Shown here piece after piece: positions 38,852 through 52,911 of a stretch of 64,000 bases of DNA (its first letter is position 1; every line of letters starts with the position of its first letter). The notes beneath the pieces were generated by a model, which was not told the origin of the DNA, searched no databases, and worked only from the letters and a program-made list of their open reading frames with translations. Source of the DNA: Malacoraja senta (lineage: Eukaryota); the NCBI GenBank assembly GCA_038087875.1, contig CM075981.1:68386001-68450000 (forward strand), read 5' to 3'. The position numbers were made by a program, and so were the translations under genes.

Positions 38852-38947
38852 TGGGTCTGAAGAAGGGTCTCGACCCGAAACGTCATCCATTCCTTCTCTC
38901 CAGAGATGCTGCCTGTCCCGCGGAGTTACTCCAGCTTTAAGTGTCCT
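38852..38947 (+). mobile_element. PLE terminal unit with an intact hammerhead-like core
   Basis: CTGAAGA A GGGTC TC GACCC GAAAC GTC at 38857-38884. Confidence 0.7.
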
Positions 38948-39538
38948 TCTCCAACATTGAAGTTCAGCTTCAGTACAGAACTCAAGTGTCAACCTGGAAT
39001 TTTTGCTCAGCTGTTTCCAAAGCTGCTTGATGTGATGCTGGAGCAGTGAAAGCCTGTGGGGAGGATGCTGGTTGTGGGAGCTGAGTTGAGGCAGACAGTG
39101 AAAACAGACAGACGTACCCTTTAATGCTCTGGTGAGATTATTAAACCACTTTTGACATTGAATCTATGGAATTCATTGCTACTGAAGGCTGTGGAGGCCA
39201 AGTCAGAGGGTATTTTTAAGGTGAAGACTGATAGATTCTTGAGTAATACGGGTGTCAGGGGTTAAGGGGAGAAGGCAGAAGAATGGGGTTGAGAGAGAAA
39301 GATAGATCATCCATGATTGAATGGCGGCGTAGACTTGATGCGCCCTGGCCTAATTCTGCTCCTAAAAATTATGAACTTATGAACATATGAATTTTTATTT
39401 GTTGTTGTTAGCTAATATTCATGAAAATTTTACAGCATCTTAGAGATACCGATAGCATATTAACTCTCATTTACATCCACTGTTAATAAAACAAATGTGT
39501 GCATATCATGTAGGTTTGCTCTCTCACTGAATCACTTA

Positions 39539-40256
39539 TGGGCCTGTCCCACTTAGGCGATTTTTCAGCGGACTGCCGGTGACTGTCAAGTTGCCATCAG
39601 TCGCCTGAAAAAACGGGAACTGGAACGGCAACTGTCAGAATGGAACACACACACACACACACACAAACACATCGCAAAGGCGGGGGCCAGGGCAAGCGGG
39701 GGGAGCGCTGTCTGAAATTCACATTGTGCAAAGCCAAGGTGGTACAGACACACACCGCGATGAACAGGATGAAGAGGTGGGGGAGAGGGAGGGGGGGAGA
39801 GGGAGGGGGTGGAGAAGGGGGGGAGCAGGGGGGAGAAGGAGTGGAGACAACTTTTAAGAAGCCAGACAATTTTTAATAAACCTGAGATACACAGTTGTGA
39901 AGTTCGGCGGACATTTAACATTACCGATCGGTTATCCTTGGTTCTGAAAACTCCTGCTTATGTTTTTTTTCCCCAATGAGCCAATGAAAATGACCGGTCA
40001 GCAAAGGCGATTAACTAAAACTACCTACGACTACCTCGACTACCTACAACTACATGGCGACCCCACTACAACTGCACCAACGACTACAGGATTATCGATT
40101 ATCTCCATGGCGATCAACATTTTGAAAAATTTGCGGCGACCATTCCCAGAATGCGGGAACTCCTCGCGACCATGAAGGAGACTCGCCAGAGACCACTAGC
40201 GAACATGTGGCGAGCGCAGAGTCTCTTGCACTCGCCTAAAAAGTGGGACAGACCCA
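39539..40256. mobile_element. Second Harbinger-type MITE with a related TIR
   Basis: TGGGCCTGTCCCACTTAGGCGA ... TCGCCTAAAAAGTGGGACAGACCCA. Left flank TTA, right flank TTC. Confidence 0.75.
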
Positions 40257-40879
40257 TTCTAGTTACTTTGCATTCTCAGAATAGTAGCATTGAGGCACCA
40301 CAAAGGGATAAAAGCAACCAAGCAAGATGTTCAATGTCCATGGCTGTTTAAATCTGCACTTGGCAGCGTGAAGGATTCAGTTATTGCAACTATTGGTTTC
40401 ATATCACAATGTTCCTTCAGCAGAGTTCAAAACAAGACACATTACATAATCATGTCCATGTAACCGTCAAGGTTAATTTCATAGAGGGCAATGACTGACA
40501 GTTGTTGTGCATATTTCGAGATATTCCTGTGTGTTGTGTTTCTTTTCTGAAAAGACTGTTCGATGATACAAAAGGATTATAATTAGGCATGCAGAGTTAA
40601 ACAGAAAACAAAAAACAAATGTGGCTAAGTTATTTAAAAATGAATACACCAAGAGATCAAGAGTACTTATAAAGAGTCCCTCACACAATAAACTTCCTCT
40701 GACCAAGGGTAGAAAACTAATGGTCACAGTCTCCAAAAAATTAGGGTGGGCCATTTAGGTGTGAGATGGGAAGAAATATCTCCACTCAGCGTCTGGTGAA
40801 TCTGTGGAATTCTCCACCATAAAAGACTGCAGAGGCCAAGGTGCTGACTATATTTAAGGGGAAGATAGCTTTCTAAGTT

Positions 40880-41135
40880 GAAACCGAAGATAGACACAAA
40901 AAGCTGGAGTAGCTCTGCGGGTCAGGCAGCATCGCTGGAGAAAAGGAAGAGGTGACATTTCGGGTCGAGACCCTTCTTCAGACTGAGAGTCAGGGGAAAG
41001 GAAAACGAGAGATATAGACAGTACACAGAGGAAATGAAAGAGAGGCAAAAAAACAACGATGATCAATGAAAGGTGGAGCCCACAATGGTCCATTGTTGGC
41101 TGTGGGGTAGGTGATAACAAGTTATACAGATCATT
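40880..41135 (-). mobile_element. PLE 3' fragment
   Basis: Terminal unit plus upstream 3' region shared with 32285-32510 and 46150-46430. Confidence 0.7.
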
Positions 41136-41245
41136 GGAATCAGCCATGATCAAAGTGTCGCCTGTCTATTCATTCAGTTTGACAGTTCAACCAGCATTGG
41201 TGCAATAGAAACAAGGAGTTTTCCTCAATCAATGCTGGCAAGTAA

Positions 41246-41564
41246 TAGTTTAGTTTAGTTTAAAGATACAGCGTGGAACCATGCCCTTTGGCCCACCGAG
41301 TCCGCACTGACCAGCAATCTCTGCACATTAAGACTATCCTACATGCACTGGGGGCAATTTACATTCACCAAGCCAATTAACCTACAAACCAGTACGTCTT
41401 TGGAGTGTGGGAAGAAACCGAAGATCTCGGAGAAAACCCACGTGGTCACGGGGAGAACGTACAAACTCTGTACAGACAGCACCCGTAGTCGGGATCGAAC
41501 CCGGGTCTCTGGCACTACAGGCAGTGTAAGGCAGCAACTCTACCGCTGCACAACTGTGCTGCCC
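41246..41564 (-). mobile_element. HE1-like SINE
   Basis: Family consensus. Confidence 0.85.
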
Positions 41565-41735
41565 CAAATAATAGGTCGACATAGGCGAAGGGGGGATTTT
41601 GATATGCAGATAGTTGGAACAGAGAGTATTGGAATCACAGCTCTCCCTCTGGTCAAAGCATAAAACGTACCCAGTCCATGTCTCTGAACTCCTTGATAAT
41701 GCTATCACCATGGATTCATCAAATTATCTCTACCA

Positions 41736-44700
41736 CCTCAATTTTTTAATAAAATTCTGAATATAATTGCAGAATTTAATTATCAAAATGTTATAATTGG
41801 AGGAGACTTTAACTGTGTTTTAGACCCTTATCTAGATAAATCGATGCAAAAACAAAAAGGTAATATGAAATCTAAAACCAGTGAACTTTTACATACATAT
41901 ATGGAAAACACAAATATAGCAGATGTGTGGAGGATTGCAAACCCGACGGGAAGGGATTACTCGTTTTATTCAACGGTGCATAAAACATACTCACGGATAG
42001 ACTATTTTCTTGTGGATACAAAATTAATTCCGCACACTATGAACCCTAAATACCACACTAATGCGATCTCAGACCACTCTCCGTTAACTTTTGTTTTAAA
42101 ACTAGAAGGAATGTCTATGAATAAATCGTTCTGGAGGTTTAACTCGCAAATTTTAAAAGACCCACAAGGGAGTATATATCTAAAAAAACAGATGGATCTA
42201 TTTTTTGAGATAAATGATACACCAGATATTTCCCCCACGCTATTTTGGGAATCCTTCAAAGCATTTATTAGAGGAGTCATTATTTCATTCCAAGCTTATC
42301 GAAATAAAAAGAATAAGAATGAACAAAGACATTTAGAAGAACAAATAAAACAATTAGATACAGATAATGCTAAAGATCCAACTATGGATAAACATAATAA
42401 AATCCTACTATTGAAATTCAAGCTAAATAAATTACTGTCAGAGAAAGTTATAACATTATTTCAAATCACAAAACAAGAACACTTCGAATTCGGGGACAAA
42501 CCCCACAAACTTCTAGCACACCAACTGAAAAAATGGGAAAAAGAGAATGCAATATTAAAGATTAAATCAGACAGAGGGGAATTATTAACATTACCCAAGG
42601 ATATCAATAAAAGATTTGCTCAATTTTACCAGAATCTATACACATCTAAAACGTTAATAGACAATAATAAAATCTCAGAATTTTTAGATAACTGTAACCT
42701 ACCACAATTAGAACTGAGGGAACAAGAGGAACTGGGAGCACAAATTACTTCTAAGGAGATAGAAGACACAATAAAAACACTAAAGAATGGAAAAACACCA
42801 GGACCAGACGGATTCAGTAATGAATTTTATAAATCTTTTTATGACATAGTTACTCCACGATTACAGAAAATGTATACATATGCTTTTAAAGAGCAAAACT
42901 TACATGAAACACTAGCAGAATCAACGATCATATTAATACTTAAAAAAGATAAAAATACAGAAGAACCAGGATCATATAGAGCTATTGCTTTGTTAAATAG
43001 GGATCAAAAAATAATAGCGAAAACACTAGCCAGTAGACTAAGCAGGTATGTTAGTAGACTAATAAATGAGGATCAAACAGGATTTATACCTAAGAGACAT
43101 TCATTTAATAATTTGAGACGTTTGCTTAACATAATGCACTCACATAAATCTCAGGACCAAGAATTATCTATCATCTCACTGGACGCAGAAAAAGCGTTTG
43201 ATCAAGTAGAATGGGACTATATGATTAAAGTATTGCAAAAATTCCAATTGGGAGAGAACTTCATTGCATGGATAAAACTATTATATAACAAACCTACGGC
43301 TAGAATACTAACTAATAATATATTATCCTCGAAATTTGATCAAGGGGCAATAGACAAGGATGTTCATTATCACCACTGTTATTTGCTTTAGTAATTGAAC
43401 CCCTTGCTGAAAAAATAAGAACACACATGGATATTTACGGTTATAATACAAAATATTCAAATAACAAAATATCCCTATATGCCGATGATGTACTACTGTA
43501 CATCACAAAACCACAAATTAGTATACCAAATATATTAAATTTAATTGAGGACTTTGGATCCTTCTCAGGATATAGAATAAATTGGAACAAAAGTGAAATT
43601 ATGTCGATAAAACCAAAAGACTCAACACACCTCAGGAAATTCCCCTTTAAAATAGCTACAGAAAAATTCAAATATTTGGGAATTGAAATTACTAGAAATT
43701 ACCAGGATATGTTTAAAGCCAATTATAATCCCTTACTTAAGAAATTAAATAATATGATTAAATTCTGGAAAACACTTCCGATGTCAATAGGCAGAATAAA
43801 TGCTATAAAAATGATTTTCTTACCTCAAATCCTATACCTATTTCAATCAATACCTATATATCTCCCAAAAAAGTTTTTCAAAAAATTGGACTCAGACATT
43901 ACAAATTTTATAAGGGATTATAAATCCCATAGAATACAAAGAGCACACCTTAATAAACGAAAAGAGTTGGGGGGTCTAGCGCTCCCTAACTTCATGTATT
44001 ATAATTGGGCAGTAAATATTAAAAATATGATTCACCTGCTGGACAATTCTGCCCAGCAGGCGGACTGGATTGTAATGGAAAAAGGGGACTGCTCCCCGAG
44101 TAATATAGGAGCGATTATTCTCTCTCCAATAAATTTGAATAATAAAAATTATAATAAAAATCCAATTATATATAGCACAATTAGAACATGGAAACAAATA
44201 AAACAGAATCTAAAATTAAGAAACCTATCTCTCTCAATACCAATAGTTAATAACCCATCGTTTAAACCTTCAACCATAGACAAATCATTTATACAATGGG
44301 AAAGAATGGGAATCAAAACGCTCGAAGATCTGTATGAATTGGGAAAATTACTATCATTTCAACAACTACAACTGAAATATAATTTGAAAAATAACCAATA
44401 TTTTAAATATCTACAAATTCATGATTATCTGAAAAAATACACAAAAGACTATCATAATATGCCTTCCGACTTACTAGATGAAGCAATGAAGACAAAGGCG
44501 GAATCAGCTAATCTAATATCGTACTTATATAATATAATTTTAAACATAGAAATACCCACAACAGATGGAATTAGAAGAGACTGGGAACAAGAATTAGCTA
44601 TAAAAATTTCAAAAGAGAGCTGGGATAACCATTTACTACAGGTGCATAAATGTTCGATCAACGTACGACATACGCTCATCCAATTCAAAACATTACATAG

Positions 44701-45515
44701 ACTATATTATTCAAAAACTAAATTAAATAAAATCTTTCCTAATGTTTCACCAATCTGTGATAAGTGTCTATGTCAAGAAGCTACCATAGCGCATTCTTTT
44801 GTTTTTTGTACAAAAATCCAAAAATTCTGGTATGAAATATTTGATATTTTTTCAAAATTAATTAAAATAAAACTGGTACCAAAACCAGAATGGATCATTT
44901 TTGGAATATCGGAAGGTATCCCTGAATTAAACGTGTATCAGAAGAACTTATTCAATTACGGGCTAATAATGGGAAAAAAGCTCATACTTAAATTCTGGAA
45001 AAATGCGCCCACACCAACAATAAAAATGTGGACATCAAATATGTTTGAAACATTACATCTGGAAGAGATGAGATTCCTCTTAGCAGGTAAAGCAGACCAA
45101 TTCCAAAAGACGTGGTCTACGTTTCTGGACCTATTACAAGCATGAGGTGCAATAGTAATTTAAAAAATAAATAAATAAAGAAATGGTATCAGGACCTGGT
45201 AATGGGAGGTAAAACAACAAAAACAGACTTGGTTGGTAGTCCCCTTTCTGCGATTGTCCCTACTTTCTTTTGCTTTCTTTTCTAGGGCCTACTCTCTTAC
45301 TTTACTTCCTTCTCTAACTTCTTTTCTAAGGGGCTTTCTTTTCCCAACACTCTCTTGCACTTCACGACTCTTGCGCACTTTCTTTACTTTTCTTACTTCT
45401 ATCTTTCTCTTAAAGCTCAAAAAAATGAAGCGGTATAAAAAATGTATTAAGATATAAGTGTTGTGTATTACTGGAATTTACCGTACTTCTAATAAAAATA
45501 ATTAAAAAAAAAAAA
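41736..45515 (+). mobile_element. L1-clade LINE, 5' truncated within the endonuclease, ORF2 with one frameshift, poly(A) tail and 15-bp TSD
   Basis: GGDFN, SRIDY and SDH (APE); PGPDG, SLDAEKAFD and LYADD (RT); CDKC..H..C knuckle. TSD AAATTATCTCTACCA at 41721-41735 and 45516-45530. Confidence 0.95.
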
Positions 45516-45608
45516 AAATTATCTCTACCATTGCTAAACCATGGTCTACATAATTTATACCTGCAGGAAATGTGCGTTATATATGAAATCATCTCAGCAA
45601 TTCCCATG

Positions 45609-45806
45609 TGTAGGAAGGAACTGCAGATGCTGGTTTAAATTGAAGATAGACACAAAATGCTGGAGTAACTCAACGGGACAGGCAGCATCTCTGGAGAGAA
45701 GGAATGGGATCCAGACTGAAGAAGGATGTCGACCAGAAACGTCACCCATTCCTTCTCTCCAGTGATGCTGCCTGTCCCGTTGAGTTACCCCAGCATTTTG
45801 TGTCTA
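45609..45806 (-). mobile_element. Fold-back PLE mini element with 15-bp TSD
   Basis: TSD TCAG(C/G)AATTCCCATG at 45594-45608 and 45807-45821, with inverted arms and a tail. Confidence 0.8.
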
Positions 45807-46609
45807 TCAGGAATTCCCATGCTGGTCACCAATCTGTAAAAGCTTCTTTTCAGGAGCAGCAACAAAATGATTTTGCTGGGCATCATAAAAGATTCACGGG
45901 CCTCCAAGGCACTGTGCTGTTTAGTTGGTAGGCTGGAGTAACATTTGCCTGACCTATTAGGGCCTCTCGTAACCGGCAGGGTAGGGGTAGGGTTGTGGGA
46001 AAAGACGAAACAAACAATGTTAATGCAAGCTTATATTTATCACATTCCTGGGAGATTTCAAACCAGTTGGAGTTTATCACTGTGTTAAAGAAGGAACTGC
46101 AGATGCTGGAATTGTTGTGTACCTTGGAGTTTATCACTGCCTGCAGTGTGTTGGAAGGAACTGCAGTTGTTGGTTTGAACCGAAGATGGGCACAAAGAGC
46201 TGGAGCAACTCAGCGGGTCAGGTAGCATCTCTGGAGAAAAGGAATAGGTGAAGTTTTGGCTCAAGACCCTTCTTCAAACTGAGAGTCACGGGAACGGGAA
46301 CCGAGAGATGTAGAAAGTACGTAGGAGAAATGAATGAAATATTTGCAGAAAGCAACGATGAGCAAGGAAATGTGGAGCCCACAATGGTCCGTTATTGGCT
46401 GTGGGGTTGAAATGTTGTGGTTATGAAGGTAAGTGAAGTACCAGGTCACACGAACAGCAAATGATGTAAGTAAACTGTTCATTTTCCCTGAGTAGCATTG
46501 ATTGAGGAAAGTTCCGTGTTCCTCTTCCAACAGTGCTGGATGAAGTGTCAAACTGAACGAACAGGCAGGCGGCACTTTGGATTGGCATCAAACCAGAAAC
46601 CTCCTGTAA

Positions 46610-48610
46610 ACATAGAAACATAGAAACATAGAAAATAGGTGCCATTCGGCCCTTCGAGCCTGCACCACCATTCAATATGATCATGGCTGATCATCCAACT
46701 CAGTATCCTCTACCTGCTTTCTCTCCATACCCCCTGATCCCTTTAGCCACAAGGGCCACATCTAACTCCCTCTTAAATATAGCCAATGAACTGGCCTCAA
46801 CTACCTTCTGTGGCAGAGAATTCCACAGATTCACCACTCTCTGTGTGAAAAATGTTTTCCTCATCTCGGTCCTAAAAGATTTCCCCCTTATCATTAAACT
46901 GTGACCCCTTGTTCTGGACTTCCCCAACATCGGGAACAATCTTCCTGCATCTAGCCTGTCCAACCTCTTAAGAATTTTGTACGTTTCTATAAGATCCCCC
47001 CTCAATCTTCTAAATTCTAGTGAGTACAAACCGAGTCTATCCAGTCTTTCTTCATATGAAAGTCCTGACATCCCAGGAATCAGTCTGGTGACCCTTCTCT
47101 GTACTCCCTCTATGGCAAGAATGTCTTTCCTCAGATTTGGAGACCAAAACTGTACGCAATACTCCAGGTGTGGTCTCACCAAGACCCTGTACAACTGCAG
47201 TAGAACCTCCCTGCTCCTATACTCAAATCCATTTGCTATGAATGCTAACATACCATTCGCCTTCTTCACTGCCTGCTGCACCTGCATGCCTACTTTTAAT
47301 GACTGGTGTACCATGACACCCAGGTCTCGTTGCATCTCCCCTTTTCCTAATCGGCCACCATTCAGATAATAGTCTACTTTTTTGTTTTTGCCACCAAAGT
47401 GGATAACCTCACATTTATCCACATTATACTGCATCTGCCATGCATTTGCCCACTCACCCAGCCTATCCAAGTCACCTTGCAGCCTCCTAGCATCCTCCTC
47501 ACAGCTAACACTGCCCCCCAGCTTTGTGTCATCCGCAAACTTGGAGATGTTGCATTCAATTCCCTCGTCCAAATCATTAATATAAATTGTAAATAGCTGG
47601 GGTCCCAGCACTGAGCTTTGCGGTACCCCACTAGTCACTGCCTGCCATTCTGAAAATTACCCGTTTACTCCTACTCTTTGCTTCCTGTCTGCCAGCCAGT
47701 TCTCTATCCACATCAATACTGAACCCCCAATACCATGTGCTTTAAGTTTGTATACTACTCTCGTATGTGGGACCTTGTTGAAAGCCTTCTGAAAGTCCAG
47801 ATATAACACATCCACTGGTTCTCCCTTATCCACTCTACTAGTTACATCCTCGAAAAATTCTATAAGATTCGTCAGACATGATTTACCTTTCATAAATCCA
47901 TGCTGACTTTGTCCAATGATTTCACCACTTTCCAAATGTGCTGCTATCCCATCTTTAACAACTTATTCTAGCAGTTTCCCCACTACCGACGTTAGACTAA
48001 CTGGTCTGTAATTCCCCGTTTTCTCTCTCCCTCCCTTTTTAAAAAGTGGGGTTACATTAGCTACCCTCCAATCCTCAGGAACTAATCCAGAATCTAAAGA
48101 GTTTTGAAAAATTATCACTAATGCATCCACTATTTCTGTGGCTACTTCCTTAAGTACTCTGGGATGCAGCCTATCTGGCCCTGGGGATTTATCGGCCTTT
48201 AATCCATTCAATTTACCTAACACCACTTCCCGGCTAACCTGGATTTCACTCAGTTCCTCCATCTCATTTGACCCCCGGTCCCCTGCTATTTCCGGCAGAT
48301 TATTTATGTCTTCCTTAGTGAAGACAGAACCAAAGTAGTTATTCAATTGGTCTGCCATGTCCTTGTTCCCCATGATCAATTCACCCGTTTCTGACTGCAA
48401 GGGACCTACATTTGTTTTAACTAATCTTTTTCTCTTCACATATCTATAAAAGCTTTTGCAGTCAGTTTTTATGTTCCCTGCCAGTTTTCTTTCATAATCT
48501 ATTTTCCCTTTCCTAATTAAGCCCTTTGTCCTCCTCTGCTGGACTCTGAATTTCTCCCAGTCCTCTGGTAGGCTGCTTTTTCTGGCTAATTTGTACACTT
48601 CATCTTTTGT
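46610..48610 (-). mobile_element. CR1 LINE, 5' truncated
   Basis: ORF pieces 47963-48598, 47657-47935 and 46700-47638. Tail is (TTTCTATG)3. Confidence 0.95.
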
Positions 48611-49685
48611 ACCTGAACTTCTAATTCACGTTATCTGTCCTGATAAAAAGTGGGATGTTAACCCAACATCTGAGTCGGGACATGGTCGGGCTGACATTCT
48701 CCACCACAGACCCCAGTAAAAGACCCGGCTGGAGACATTTGGCATATTTCTATAGAGTTGCACAGCACAGAAACAGGCCCACCGACCCACTGTATCCACA
48801 ATGGCTTCTTTGCTCATTTGCACTAATCCCCTATGCTCACATTGAAACAAAGAACATGGAACAATGTAGCACAGGAGTAGGCCCTTTGGCCCACAATGTC
48901 CATGTCGAACTTGATGACAATTTAAACTAATCCCCTCAGTCTGCAAATGATCCATATCCTTCCATTTTCTGCCTATCCTTGTGCCTGTCTGGAAGCCTCT
49001 TAAATGCCACTATCATAACTGCCTCCACCATCATCTCAGGCAATATTCTCCAGGAACCCACCACTCTCAGTGAAAGACTTGCCACACAAATCTCCTTTTA
49101 ACTTGGCCCACAGGAGCCCTCTGTACACCAATGCTGCTAAGACTCTTCCCATTAACTATACCTTCGACATGACACTCGACCTCCCAAAGTGTGAACACTT
49201 TCTGCAACACTCACACTTGCTTGGATTAAACTCCATCTCCCATTTATCCACCCATTTCTGTAGCGGATCTATACACTGCTGTACAGTATATTTTAACAGC
49301 TTTCCTCACTGTCTGCAACTCCACTCATTTCAGTGTCATCTGCAAATTTTGATCATATAGAGGTGTATAAAGTCATGAGAGGAATAGACTTTATACTGAG
49401 GCTGGGACTATTCCAACGTTTAAGAAGCAGTTAGACAGGTACATGGATAGGACAGGTTTGGAGGGATATAGACCAAATGCAGGCAGGTGGGTCTAGTGTA
49501 GCTGGGACTCATTGGCTGTTTCCACTCTATGATTAACTTACTGATCAACTCATCTACAATTATGTCCAGGTCATATACATATCAAAAACAACAGAGATCC
49601 CAGCACATGAGGATCTTCACGAGTCACAGACCTCCGTCGCAAATAACACCCTTCCACCACAGTCCTCTGTCTTCTGTTACTAAGT

Positions 49686-49996
49686 CAGTTTTAGTTATAC
49701 TTTTGGTTTTAGGGATACAGTATGGAAACAGGTCTTTCGACCCGTGTGTTCGCGCTGACTAACGATCACCCGTACACGTTCGAAGCCACACACTAGGGAC
49801 AATTTTTACAGAAGCAAATTAACCTACAAACCTGCACATTTTGGAATTTGGGAGGAAACCAGACCACCCAGAGAAAACCCACATGGTTACAGGGAGAACG
49901 TACAAACTCGGAACAGACAGCAGCCTTCGTCAGGATCGAACCTGGGTCTCTGGTGCTGGAAGGCAGCTACTCTATTGCTGAGCCACCATGCTGCCC
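49686..49996 (-). mobile_element. HE1-like SINE
   Basis: Family consensus. Confidence 0.8.
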
Positions 49997-52819
49997 TGTG
50001 ACATTCTGAATCCGAACGATCAAGTCCCTGTGGATCCCATGCATCATAATCTTCTAGATCAGCCTACAATGGAGGACTTTATCAAATCCATGTAGACAAC
50101 ATTCCCTGCCATACCCACATTAGCACTGTTTCATTCAGTGCCTTCTCTATTTAAACGTCTGTCTAAATTGTCTGTTAAATGTAGGCGTTGTACCACTTCC
50201 TCTGTCATGAGTTCCAAATACCAACTACTCTCTGTAAAAAACATTCCCCTGAAATCCCCTTTAAAACTCCTAACGATACGATACGATAGAACTTTATTTA
50301 ACCCAGGAGGGAAATTGATCTGCCAACAGACATAAAAACACCTGAAAATACCTGAAACATAAAATTAAAGTGACAAGTGGAAAGAATTGGAGATGTGCAA
50401 AGATTGAGGAGGGAGGGGGGTGGGGTGGGGAGTCAGTCTCAGTCTACCCCATGACAGAAGGGGCAGGAGATGTACAGTTCCCCTCACTTTAAACCTCTGC
50501 CCTCGTGTTTTCTTATACCCGCACCATGGGGTGTGCTGTTGGCGTTGATTCCTTTTGGACAGGCCTTTACATTGAAACTCTATCCCTTCTCTATTCTATT
50601 CCAAACATCTCGTGAAGAATGGGACAGCTCTCCCCTGCGTACAGCCCAATATTTGTCCCTTGATCAACACGGCCGAAACAGAGTAGCCTGTTGTGTACTT
50701 CACTGCTGTTTGTGGGAGCTTGATATGCATAGTGTTACCTACGTTATGGCAGTGGCCTTCCTTCAAGAAGCTTTGTTGTTCATCAAAGTACTTTAGCATG
50801 TGCTTTTGAACAAGGTTCTGAGGCAGGGCCACAGGGGCTGATTTGTTTCAGTCGCATGACTTGAACGTGTTTGACATTTAGACCATCTGGATAAATTTGT
50901 GTTCTGTTGCGCAGCGCTGACAGATACCAGCCCGCTCTCTGGTTCACCTTGATCAAGGTTCACAGAGCAGCCTCCACTTCATCCGTGCATCTGTTCCATT
51001 CCTCATATCATCTGTCCTACTTGTCTGTCCTAGTGAGATTGTTGGATCAATGCCAACATGCTAACGTTTTCAAAATGCACTCCGGGCTTTCAACTCGAGA
51101 TATTAGCCACCTCCACAAAGTAAGGTATATGAATTCAGCTTTCTGGCCATATACTCTCTGCACTGGGCCTCCCAGCAGATCAATAAAGTAGTACTCAGCA
51201 TGCAATGCCATGCACCTCAGATTGACCTTTTCAATGGCAGAGAGCCACCTCAAACAAGCTCACCGTCAATCAGCCTGCGTGCGGCATCTTTTCACAGCAA
51301 AGCTGCTGTACAGGAACATCGTCAAACATAAGCAGTCGGGAAGGTACACAAGATGGGGAGATGATGGCAAAGCTTGGTCAGGCACGAGTTTTTCACGAGC
51401 GCCATTCAAGAGGACAGAGGAGATGTTCCGTTTACAATGTGTAAGGAAATAAGGATGTGTTTTTCACTTGAGCAAACCACTATCTGTGACATGAAAATCT
51501 CCTGCATCTGGTTGAAGGCGTAATCCAATCTTGCCGCTCTGCTGACGTCCAGAAATTGTTTCAGCTTTGCTCTTGTGATTTAAGAAGTCACTTGAAGTGC
51601 TTGATTGAGTTACTTTCACAAGCTCACTGCCAAATATTTAGGATCATGAAATGACACTGCCGCAACGTTTCAATTCAGGACCGATTCTTCTGGGCGGTAG
51701 GATGTTAACCAATGTATTTTATCCTTTTTGCTGTCTCTCATCCTAATTATAACGCCGGCATTATAGCATTACATGCTGATTAACTGTTAGAATAGCAGCA
51801 CACATATTCATTAGGGAAATGTGACATCCATTTGTTCCAGCAAGATCCCACAATTAGCAATGAGACACTTGTCCAATTAATGGTGGCTTTAGATGAGGAA
51901 ACAAAGTTGGCCAGGCTATTTCAGTTATGCGGATGCAATCTGAGTTGAGAAATGTCTATCGCTAATTCCAACTAATTTTATATCCGCCTTGGATACTCCC
52001 TGAGGTTCAACATCTAATTATATAACATTTGGCATAACAATTGGTTCCTCTTGTGATCTGAACAGGATATCATGTCCAGTGCATCTGCTGCTGCTCTGCC
52101 ATTATAAATCTTTCAGTCAGCACGCTGCCTGAACTTCAGTGAAAGTCTTTAACATTGAGTGTACAATTTTAATGCTCTCATTCCCAACATTCTTTTGGAG
52201 GAAGTTTGCCAATCGCACCGATTCATCAATCTGTGATAATATTGGTGGATAATATATTAAGTTACAATTGGGGCGGCACGGGAGCGCAGCGGTAGAGTTG
52301 AGACTCGGGTTCAATCCTGACTGCAGGTACTGTCTATAAGGAGTTTTTACGTTCTCCTTGTGACCACATGGGTTTCCTCCAGGTGCTCTGGTTTCCTCCA
52401 ACATTCCAAATACGTGCGGGTTTGAAGGTTAATTGGCCTCTGTAAATTGCCCCTGGCGTATCAGATAGAACTAGTGTACAGGTAATCGCTGGTCACCATG
52501 GACTCGGTGGGCCGAAGGGCCTGTTTTCATACTGAAAATCAATGAGGTTGCAGGGAGAATGTACAAACTCCGTACGGACAGCTCATGTAGTCAGAATCGA
52601 ACTGGGCTCTCTGTCGCTGTAAGGCAGCAACTCCACCGCTGTGCCACAGTGCCATCCCAGAAACCCATGAAGTTTAAAGAGAATGTACAACCTCTGTACA
52701 GACGTCCAGAGGATGGTTGGAATCTGGAATGCACGACATGAAAGATGGTGGAGTCAGAAACTCTCACAGTATTTGAGACGTGTCTGGATGAGCACTTGAA
52801 CCAATAAGACAAAGTAGTC

Positions 52820-52911
52820 AAAGTGTTAAAGAAGGAACTGCAGATGCTGGAAAATCGAAGGTACACAAAAATGCTGGAGAAACTCGAGTTTCTCCAGCAT
52901 TTTTGTGTACC
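52820..52911 (-). mobile_element. Fold-back PLE mini element (54-bp perfect palindrome) with 15-bp TSD
   Basis: Palindrome at 52859-52912. TSD TAAGACAAAGTAGTC at 52805-52819 and 52912-52926. Confidence 0.85.
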
